Shown here: in pieces, positions 54,301-64,000 of the stretch
How the letters are laid out: each line of letters starts with the position of its first letter
Numbering within the stretch: the stretch's first letter is position 1
Assembly: GCA_001938485.1 (NCBI GenBank)
Contig: MQRK01216071.1
Coordinates: forward strand, 7,671 to 71,670
Source of the DNA: Girardia tigrina
Lineage: Eukaryota
Length of the DNA stretch: 64,000 nt
Reading direction: 5' to 3'
Program-made: the position numbers and the translations under genes
The notes under the pieces: generated by a model
What the model was told of the DNA's origin: nothing
Database searches by the model: none
Seen by the model: only the letters and a program-made list of their open reading frames with translations

Positions 54301-54980
54301 ATTGACGACAAAGAATCCAATAACTCCACAGTTTCAAACTTGGATAAAATTCATGCGAAATGTTTGTTCCCTGTCAGGCGATGCACGAAGAAGCTAAGAA
54401 AGGAAAAATTAAAAGAAGAATCTTAGCCCTAGTCGAAAAATCAAAAACATTCAGATGGCAGAAAGATAATGATGAGATAAATCAAGTTAGCGAAGATCTC
54501 AAAACTGGATAAACAAAAGAATTAGTACTGAAAGATGATATCGTGATCACAAAGTTTTAAAAAAAGATTATAAATACTGGATCCCGAAAATCATATTTGG
54601 CAGGAAGTTCAGACATTGGTTGAAAAATATCAATCAAGAAAAGTTCAGGAAATAAAAGAGCAATAATAAGGTAGAGACAATCGAACTTTTCAAGTTGGGG
54701 ATAAAGTGTTGATAAAGAAAGAAAACATAACAAAAAAGATCGATATATGGATCAGCAACAATAAAGAAACGAAGACAGGAAAGAAGTTATGGTGAAATTT
54801 TGATCAGGAATGTAGAATGGCTAAAGCCATTAAAATCGAGGGGGATGTGAGGAATATTTGGAATGGTGATTATTGTATGTTGTTTGGTATGTTGCTTTAG
54901 GTTGTTTTGCTGCCACCCAGGTAGAAGATTGATTTTTAATATTTTAAAATGTAGGATTATATATTCAATTTTAAAATTTA
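51323..54980 (+). mobile_element. Decayed Ty3/Gypsy LTR retrotransposon (integrase core deleted), with PPT and partial 3' LTR
   Basis: Two knuckles (CRVCHEEDH, CNHCNRKVHIRTQC); protease LMDTEA; RT SPWNFPLV / RMCVDFRQLN / MPFG / YLDG; RNase H PILAYPDF..TDTS..IGAVL; PPT GAGGGGGA then LTR TGTGAGG at 54846. Confidence 0.9.
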
Positions 54981-54984
54981 AACA

Positions 54985-55920
54985 CACCAAAGCCCCGCTA
55001 TGCGTCTATTCGCTTTTGTGTCGATTGACTTTTTATTTTTTGCCATATAAAATTTCAGGGAACTTTTCACAGCCACGGCAGGAATTGATAATATTACTAT
55101 GAAAACGTTCTGGAAAAACCTCACTATATTAGATGGGATTAAATATATTCCAGGATCTTGGAATGAAATGTTCAACAAAAGCATGAACGGTTGTTGGCGC
55201 AAATTATGGCCGGAATGTGTACATAGCCCATTGTAGAATGACACGAATAATGATAGGATATATGCAATTAAAGAGATAGTTGACTTGGCATCCGCATTGC
55301 AAGTTGAAGGAATGGAGGTCGAAGATATAGAAGAACTATTGTATTCGCACAATGAAGAGATTACAACTTCTAAATTAATGGAAATTGAATTTCAGAAAGC
55401 ACTCAGTAGTGATTCTGAGGAAAAAATCGAAGATATTGCCGTAGAACAAACGTTAACGACGAAACGTTTAGCTCAAGCTTTTCAATTAATTGATCAAGTT
55501 CTGCAGATATTTAATCAAGATGACCCTAATCACGAAAGAAATTCGATGGTAAACAGATCAGTTCTAGGTAGCATAAATTGCTATAAAGAAATTTATTCGG
55601 AAAAAAGACAATGCTGTACAAACCACTTTGGAAAAATTTTTTAAAAAGTAGATTTTGATTTTGAAAGAAGTTTTGATAATTATATTTATAATGCATACTT
55701 ACTTTTTACTGATTTTATATTATTTATTAGTTTTAATGGATTAAGAGCCCAATTTTCGAACTATTTCTTGACAAATATTTGTTTTATTTTTATTTTTATT
55801 TAGATAGATATATTGTAATAGTCTTTCTGATCAATATTACCACATATTCGTTATGCGTCGAAACTCATTTATCGTCTCAACTTTCTGAACTGAATAGAGA
55901 CGCAAAGCGGGGCCTTGGTG
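54985..55920 (+). mobile_element. Internally deleted Tigger1 (TIGD1-like) element
   Basis: TIRs CACCAAAGCCCCGCTATGCGTC / GACGCAAAGCGGGGCCTTGGTG|TA; FWKNLTILDGI..MNGCWRKLWPECV; EDIEELLYSHNEE; DDPNHERNS. Confidence 0.88.
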
Positions 55921-55948
55921 TAACTAACTTTAAAATTAAATTATATAT

Positions 55949-56726
55949 TATTGGATTGTTGCTCACAAGACATTATAACGAAGACCAAACTTTATTTCTA
56001 TAACAATTTGAATTTTTTAAACAAATATTTTTGAGGAACTTTTGTACTTTCTTTTTTTACACAACCAATATAAATAAAAATAGATATAAATAAAAATATG
56101 GTTAGTATATTTTTTACAAATTAAAATTCAATATTTCCTTAATAAAAAATATAGTGAATTAAAATTTTGTCACAAAGATTTTGTTGCGTCTTTTATTAAT
56201 TTTTCAATTTTATGGAACATTTAAATTTTTCTGTTTCTCAATTACATTTTTCAAAAAAAATTAAAATCGCATTTTTTATTTAAGTCAATTTAATGGTTCT
56301 ACAATTATTTTTTACTTTCAGTTTTAATTTCCTAAAAAAAATTATAATTACATTTTCCAAAAAAATTATAATTACATATTCCAAAAAAATATAATTACAT
56401 TTTACAAAATAAATTATAATTACATTTTCCAAAAAAATTATAATTACATTTTACAAAAAAATATAACCACATTTTAAATTTATTATTATTTAAAAATTAT
56501 CAAATTTGAAATTAACTTTTTTTTACTTTATAATAAATCTTTACATAAATCTTTTAATAACCCTATCATAAAATTTATTTTATTTCTTACTTAAATTAAT
56601 TTTTTTTACATTAAATTTCTGAAATCTTATTTTATCATATCTATAACAATATTTTACGGAATTTAATTGTTTGTTTAATAAATTGATAAAATACAAAAAT
56701 TTTATATTTTATGAACGTTCCCAACA
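55949..56726 (-). mobile_element. AT-rich solo-LTR-like element (778 bp), copy 1
   Basis: Near-identical reverse complement of 60642-61418; 5-bp TSD TATAT (55944-48 / 56727-31); ends TGTTG...CAATA. Confidence 0.85.
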
Positions 56727-56734
56727 TATATCAT

Positions 56735-57090
56735 AAGTAATGTATCTAAAATATTTTTGAAATACGTTTTGAAAGGGGAATATTTGTCAGATCTCTTTTA
56801 ATAATTATGGACAATGTACATTTTTATCATTGTCAAGTAGTGAAAAAATTATTTAATTTCTTTAATCTTGAGTGTTTATACTTGCCTCCTTATTCTCAAG
56901 AAATAAATTTAATTGAAAATCTGTTTGGTACTATTAAATCTAATTTAAACACCATTTAACCAAGAGCGTCTAACAAAAATGAACTGTACAGAAATATTTG
57001 TACGGCAATTACAATGGTTACATGAAATATGAACGACTATTACAAATCTTTCTGGGAGAGAGTATTTGGAATATTGAATAGAAAATAATT
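56735..57090 (+). mobile_element. IS630/Tc1-like transposase C-terminal fragment
   Basis: IIMDNVHF..H...LYLPPYSQEINLIENLFGTIKS matches the DDE_3 motif LPPYSPxLNPIE. Confidence 0.75.
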
Positions 57091-57174
57091 TTTCTTTGTT
57101 ATTCTTGTAATTTGTTTGTATTTTGTAATGTATTTTCTTTACTTCTTACAATGTAAATACAAATACATGATAAT

Positions 57175-57305
57175 CCCGCTTGATTTATTTATGTAATCAT
57201 TAGATTTATTTATGAAATAATTAGATTTATTTATGCAATCATTTGATTTGTTTCTGAAATCATTAGATTTGTTTATATAATCATTAGATTAATTAATGAA
57301 ATCAT
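57175..57305. repeat. 21-bp minisatellite, about 6 degenerate units
   Basis: Consensus AATCATTAGATTTATTTATGW repeated in tandem. Confidence 0.8.
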
Positions 57306-57996
57306 CTGTAATTAAATTATTTTTTAATTTAAATTATAAATTATTTTTGTACTTTAATGGATTAATTCTAATTTGTTTTAATAATATAGTTTTTGAAAAA
57401 TCGTGTTTCTCGCTTTAATTCCCGTTTTAGATCTTATTTTACAAGCTATCGCAGCAATGAAAGCCATCAGTAATTTGAAGAAATTTGATGGTTGGGAGGA
57501 AGTCGAACGTTGGATCGACAGATTCAAGTTTGCCATCTAGGTAGACGGGCTAATGGAAAAAGAAATATTATTCTTGATCATGCTGTTAGATCGATCGACA
57601 TACGACACGTAGAAGGGCTTATTGCTGGGTCAACAGAGAAATGCCAAGGAAATCAAAATTGAGTTGCGCCGACTGTTTGGTTTGGGGATATTTGACGTAT
57701 GGCTGTTGCTTGGTCAAAATAAGATTCTCCCGGGTGACAGATTGGACGTGTCGGCGGCCGAGATCAATCAGCTAATACGGACCTTTGTTGGGGACCAGGA
57801 TCCGATCGATGCGTTTTGTGCAATGACATTTATTCACAGTTTACCAGAGGAAATTAAAAGAGAAGTGCATCCAAGATTGGACGTCGAATTCACGTTCAAG
57901 AATGGGGTGAACTTGGCCAAAAATATATCGCCTCATAAACATCATCCAGAAGTGATTGCAGCAACCAACAGTAAATTTGGATGTAGTGGTTGTAAT

Positions 57997-58247
57997 CAAG
58001 GCTATGGAGTCCGAGTCAAGGAGTCGGAGTTAAGGATTTTTGGGGAAGTTGAAGTCGGAGTAGGAGTTGAATTCGAAGACAGAGTCTACGTCAAAGTGGT
58101 GAAACTCGACTCCAAACAAAATAATAACAAATAATATAAATTATCTAAAAAGGAGTCGTAGTCGGAGTTAAAGTCGGACATTTTAAAAATATAGGAGTGT
58201 GAGTCGGAGTCGGAGTTCGGCAATTTTAGTCCGACTTCATAGCCCTG
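57997..58247. mobile_element. hAT-type MITE (251 bp) with GGAGTC subterminal repeats
   Basis: TIRs CAAGGCTATGGAGTC / GACTTCATAGCCCTG; 8-bp TSD GTTGTAAT / GTTTTAAT; removing it restores the knuckle CSGCNRLGHTNMTC. Confidence 0.88.
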
Positions 58248-58732
58248 GTTTTAATCGACTTGGACACACGAACATGACATGTAGAGTTAAATGCGGAGAA
58301 GTCGGCCATATAAAAGCCAACTGTAACATGTCGGGAAACGACAGAGGGGAGGAGGTCCCGGGTAAAACCTCTTCAAAGTAAATGGTGTAGGACCAAAAGT
58401 CACAATAAGAGGGGGTGGTGGTGTAACTACCGGCAATAGTTACGCCTATAAAAAGCCACAACGCCCCGAGGACAACTGTGTCAACAGGGTGGCTATGAAT
58501 TGCCTCAAAAATTCACAATCACCATTAATTTATTCATGTACAGCTTATTCCAAATTTATTGATTCGTCAAGCGCTAATCGACGGGAAAATGATGAAGGTG
58601 ATGATCGACACGGGGAGTAATTCCACTTTTATTAGAAGAAGTTCCACAAAATCAAGAATCGAAGGAGTTAGAAACATGAACCTGGTAGCGGTCGACGGTA
58701 GTCAGGTAAATATCCTGGATAAATTGCAACTA

Positions 58733-60090
58733 TAGGGTTGTCAATTAAGTTTTTTTCCGAAAATAACAAAAACTATCAAATATAATGTCCAATCATTCAT
58801 CATCATCAGTCAAGAGTTCAAAATAACAGCCGTTATTGTCAATGCAACGTTGCCAACGTCCTGGCAACTTATTGATACCATTCTCGAAGAAGTATCCGGC
58901 CTTAGTGTTCAACCAATCCTGAAGTTTTTCCTGAACCTCCTCAGAAGATGCACAGTTCTGACCTTTCAAAGCTCCTTTCATTGGTGAAAATAAATATTAG
59001 TCTGAAGGAGCCAAGTCCGGGTGAATAGGGGAGATGTGGCAAGATGTTTAGATGCATTTCAGCAATCTTGGTCTGGGTGAGATGTGCCGTATGCGGATAT
59101 GCGTTGTCCTGAAGAATACAGAAAACCGTCCGTGGTTTTCCGTCGTCGTTTTACCAGGATAGCTGTCTTCAGCTTATCTAGCAAACTGCAGTAGTATGTT
59201 GCCGTCATGATCTTTCCATTTTCTAACACGTCCATCAAGATCAGACCTTTTGAATCTCAGAAGACGGTATCCAGATGCTTCCTCGTAGTTAATCTCACTT
59301 TGGATTGTGTAGCAGGCTCATCACCACTTCCACGCCAAGATTTATGAGTGTATGAAGATGTATTCTCCAAGAATACCAACATCTCATCCTCAGTCACTAT
59401 ACGTTGCAGGAAATTATTCCTGCGGTAAATAGCAAGCAGTTTTTCACACACAGACATTCTCTTTTCCTTAACAACTTCTGTTAAATCATGTGGAACTCAC
59501 ACGTTAGCGAAGTAACGTTTGTTCATTTTCATGAGATTCTGACGTACTGCTTCGTGGCTAATTCAAATTTCTTGGCCAATGAATCTCGTTGTGGCAAATT
59601 TATATTCCTCTAGAATTCGTTCTATATCTGCAGCCACCTCATAAGAAGAATCAATTTAAATGTTTTGTTCTGATTTTAAAGAAATATTTTAATCAACAGA
59701 CAAGAATTTATCAATATGCACGATTCTGGAATGTATTTGAAATGTTTTTCATTTCAAACTCGAATTTTGAATTTCATTCTCGAATTTCTTTACCCAGTTG
59801 GAAAATGTACATGACGTAGTTGTTCTTTCTCCCAGTGTGTTGTTTATCTCTTTTCCAATGTCTACAGCAGATAGTTTACGCTTCCAACAATATAAAATAA
59901 GTTTTCTAACGTCTTCTCTGTTGAAATTCATAGTTTACTTTGAAAGATGGCAAAAATATTGTAATATCGTATAACTCTAAGTAAACAATTTTTAATTTAT
60001 TGCATTTTTTATTATGTAAACTGAAATAAATATTAATAAACTTTTAATAGTTATAATATGTATTAATCATACAATATGCACACCAAATTT
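58733..60090 (-). mobile_element. mariner transposon pseudogene (one TIR lost)
   Basis: ATG at 59931; IVTEDEM, LQDNA..H, SPDLAPSD*YLF, GINKLPGRWQRCI..NG.YF; TA|TAGGGTTGTCAATTAAG terminus. Confidence 0.9.
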
Positions 60091-60641
60091 GGATTTCTTA
60101 GCGGTCATAGATCTCCAGATACAACGACAAATGCATTGAAAAAACAAGTAAGGGTGGCTCCAGATTTGTGGAAATATCGGGTGGTTATGTGGAATGGCGA
60201 AGTGTATGTAATGATCAGGTTACGGTTTGGTCTATCCATCACACCAAAATTCATGTCAAGGATAGTTGAAACGATTATCGAGGAAGATCAGATGATAGCT
60301 GCTTCTGGATATATTGATGACGTGTTCATTGTGGAAAGTTCTTGCAATGCAGATGATGAAGTAGGAATTGTTCGCCGGTTTGAGTTGGAGTCTAAACCAA
60401 TAGAACGGATTGGCTTAGACAAAGATGTCAGGGTGCTTGGACAGAATGTTAAAAGCAATTTACAGTGGAGAAGAGACCAAGAGCTTAACTAGGGAGCTTG
60501 AGAAAGCAACGAGTAGAGAAGTACATGGAATTTTGGGAGAGTAGATAGGCCATGTACCAGTTGCAGGATGGTTACGAGTTACTTGTGCCTACATTCAGAG
60601 ATTAGCCGCAAAATACAAGATAGGCTGGGATGAATAAGTGC

Positions 60642-61418
60642 TGTTGGGAACGTTCATAAAATATAAAATTTTTGTATTTTATCAATTTATTAAACAAACA
60701 ATTAAATTCCTTAAAATATTGTTATAGATATGATAAAATAAGATTTCAGAAATTTAATGTAAAAAATTAATTTAAGTAAGAAATAAAATAAATTTTATGA
60801 TAGGGTTATTTAAAAGATTTATGTAAAGATTTATTATAAAGTAAAAAAAAAGTTAATTTCAAATTTGATAATTTTTAAATAATAATAAATTTAAAATGTG
60901 GTTATATTTTTTTGTAAAATGTAATTATAATTTTTTTGGAAAATGTAATTATAATTTATTTTGTAAAATGTAATTATATTTTTTTGGAATATGTAATTAT
61001 AATTTTTTTGGAAAATGTAATTATAATTTTTTTTAGGAAATTAAAACTGAAAGTAAAAAATAATTGTAGAACCATTAAATTGACTTAAATAAAAAATGCG
61101 ATTTTAATTTTTTTTGAAAAATGTAATTGAGAAACAGNAAAATTTAAATGTTCCATAAAATTGAAAAATTAATAAAAGACGCAACAAAATCTTTGTGACA
61201 AAATTTTAATTCACTATATTTTTTATTAAGGAAATATTGAATTTTAATTTGTAAAAATATACTAACCATATTTTTATTTATATCTATTTTTATTTATATT
61301 GGTTGTTGAAAAAAAAGAAAGTACAAAGTTCCTCAAAAATATTTGTTTAAAAAATTCAAATTGTTATAGAAATAAATTTTAGTGTTCGTTATAATATCTT
61401 GTGAGCAAGAATCCAATA
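60642..61418 (+). mobile_element. AT-rich solo-LTR-like element (777 bp), copy 2
   Basis: 5-bp TSD AGTGC (60637-41 / 61419-23); removing it restores the pol frame GWDE*V|PKDIIEK. Confidence 0.88.
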
Positions 61419-64000
61419 AGTGCCAAAAGACATCATAGAGAAAGTTAATGAAATCTGTCAAAGGCTGAGGATGGATGGAGATACAGCAACAGGTAAGTGA
61501 GTGGTAAATTGCAATAATAATTTTGTCATTTAGACAGATGCAAGTAGTATAGCAATGGGTGTACTATTGTGTTAACGGTGATATCGTTGAAGACGCTGCT
61601 TTGTTTAGGAAAGAAGACGATATAAGCCATATTAATATAAGAGAACTGGATGCGGTCATAAGGGAAATAAACTTGGCAATAACCTGGGGCTTTCATAAGT
61701 TCAAGCTGATGACAGACTCAGCAACAATGTATGGATGGCTCATGGCAGTATTCAAGAATACACACAACCCAAGAACCCGCACGTTATCTGAACATTTGGT
61801 ACGCCGAATATTCGATATCATGAGAGAGTTAAAAGACCAAGAAAAACTGGAAGTGGAACTGAAAGTGGTGAAATCCCAATTGAATATGGCAGATTGTTTA
61901 ACCAGGGTTCCAAAACAATGGCTAAACAGGAATGTAGAAGTAAACGCCATTGATGTAAATCAGTATTCAAGTGTTAATGAGATCTAGAAATTTCAGGAAA
62001 TCTGTCACTTTGGAGTCGATAGGACGAGTGAACTGTTCAGGGAAAAATATGGGACTAATGCAGTAAAGTTAGATCAAGTTAAGGATGTTATCAAGCAATG
62101 TGTTGAGTGTTCAAAGATATGCCCAACCCCACGAATTGAGTATCGACATGGACAATAGTCAGCTGACAAGGTATGATACCAACTTTATAAGCGATGTGAC
62201 TTATTTCAACGGTGTCTGACCATAGTGGATTTAGCAACAAGATTTTGTATTTGGAGAAAGTTGCGTAGTGAATCCATTTAGGAAATAGGTTGGCATATAG
62301 ATAGCGTATGCTCTGAATTTGGACCGCCGAAACGTTTCTTTTCTGATAATTCGGCTGTCTCCCGAAGTGCTCCAGTGAGACGGTTGCTAGATAAATAGAG
62401 AATCAAGCAAAGGTTCACCGCAGCCTATCGGTATCAAGGGAATGAGATGTGCGAGAGAAATCACCGCACCATTAAGACAATGAAGGCGAGATCTGCAAAG
62501 TCGATCAGAGAATGTGTGTTTTGGTACAACAGTACGACGGGTCACCGGGATGCGGGGCCCTATGAATTGATGTTCCATGCCAAGTCTCGACTGCCAATGA
62601 TTCGAGATGAATGCAAATTCAGGTTGAATGCAAATTCATCTCGGAGTGCATCTCGAATGATGAGCATGACGCTATGGAGAAAAACCCGTTCAGCATTGGT
62701 GAGAATGTTTATTTGAGAGTCCGCGGAAAATGTGATGAACCATGGACGGTACCGCATGTAATTACATCGTTGATGTCTGCAGTTGAGATGGAGTTGGACG
62801 ACAATGGAATCACGAGACATATATTCCACATCAGGAGAGCAGCGGACAATCGACAACTGATGTTAGTGGATTCCGATGATCGCATTTCAGACAGTAAAGA
62901 CGAAATGAGTGGACCGGCAAACGCAAGATGTAGCTGCGGATTCCGCTGAACGACCGGTACTGGTACGGAAGTGCCCTCAGTATCTGGACGATTATGTGAT
63001 CTGATCGTTGGATCTGATCTTTATCGTTGATCATTATAATGTAACATTATATTTGAGCTTTTAGACATTCAGATACAATCGATTAATTTTATTTATTACT
63101 AACTTGGTTTATCTCTATAACCGATAGTACTCTAATTGTTCATTATCAGTTGCAAATTATCCTTCTTAAGTGAAACGATTAATTATAATATATTAATATC
63201 ACTCTAAGAATCCATAATGAGTTGTCAATTATTATTCCTGAATTATAAAGGATATATTAATCATAATAATCATTCTTAAAATAGGAGTTAAACAAACATA
63301 AATTGTATTACTAATCAAACATTAGAAAGCACTAAATCGTTTAGATCTGATATATGTGCACATTGTCGGTGTGCCGGTAAATATGTGGATTCATTAATCA
63401 CATTTCTCTATTGATCGTTATTGATTTACTTATTTTCTCTATGTTGTTATTGTCGTCTTACACTGGTTCGTTGGGAATAATAATAATTGTGGATTTTCAA
63501 TTGATGTTCAGAGGAGATTATAAAATTTCTCGGAAACCGGCTATTTTTTGTGTTGGCTCAATTCGCTTGACTCAAAGGTATAAGTATCTCGGACAACTCG
63601 GTTTCACTAGCTATTCTAACAATTTCCGAGTGTCTCGTGGTCTCACTGTAGAATTACATGGAGAAGTTTGAAGAGGTGGACGACGGGAGCTATTACTTTA
63701 CTAAACAGGAATGGATGTCAATATCTATGAATTATTTATTACCAACAAGAAGAAAATTTAATCGAAATATAATAAAATTTTATTAGCATGAATAACATAA
63801 ATTAATACAATTATACTTATTCAAAACAAACTAAATGATTACATTGTTTCAACGTGGTCCCGGTTAGAAATGTTTATCAGTCTTTGAAATGTACTCGCGG
63901 CGACAGGTCTCCTTTTATCGATCTTTTTCTACTGCGAATTCATAAGTTGGTTATTCTAGTCTTCTTTCTTTGGATTTGCTTTAAATTCCTTTGCTCTCGC

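Larger units (their letters stand above)
57457..63005 (+). mobile_element. Decayed Ty3/Gypsy-like LTR retrotransposon (same lineage as 5900-8270) carrying three nested insertions
   Basis: Gag from ATG 57457 (KFDG..VERWIDRF), CCHC knuckles, GGGAAAC, protease MIDTGS, RT RFGLSITPKFM / YIDD, RNase H TDASS / HINIRELDAV / TDS, integrase HFGV..C..C / SDNS / YQGNEMCERNHRTIK. Confidence 0.9.

Noticed and set aside
56335-57305. CRISPR-like arrays (23-24 bp and 21 bp repeats)
   Set aside because: Head-to-tail degenerate tandem repeats with no unique spacers, no cas genes, and a eukaryotic context.
55949-61418. One composite or foldback transposon with 778-bp TIRs
   Set aside because: Each repeat has its own distinct 5-bp TSD, and the retroelement interrupted by the second copy continues beyond it.
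1-64000. Alternative genetic code explaining the many in-frame stops
   Set aside because: All three stop types and frameshifts interrupt the transposon ORFs, consistent with neutral decay, and the youngest Tc1 ORF reads normally.

Overview
Very AT-rich eukaryotic nuclear DNA from a scaffolded draft with four N-gaps, probably an invertebrate or parasite; the taxon cannot be determined from sequence alone. I can support no intact host gene. The window is a nested transposon graveyard: Tc1, mariner, pogo/Tigger, hAT, piggyBac and Chapaev3 DNA transposons; three decayed Ty3/Gypsy-type LTR retrotransposons and several solo LTRs; Penelope-like elements with minimal hammerhead ribozyme remnants; an RTE-like LINE tail; an orphan 28S rRNA fragment; and a PARP-type zinc-finger remnant. 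The most interesting object is a ~400-nt non-coding retroposon present in two diverged copies (30257-30666 minus, 41445-41978 plus), each bounded by a perfect 12-14 bp target-site duplication (TSD). Its 5' end is an HDV-like self-cleaving ribozyme, and in the full-length copy the predicted cleavage site falls at the TSD-defined boundary. The rest of the element is a GC-rich body whose hairpins show compensatory changes between the copies. All family calls come from motif recognition by eye; no searches or folding were run.
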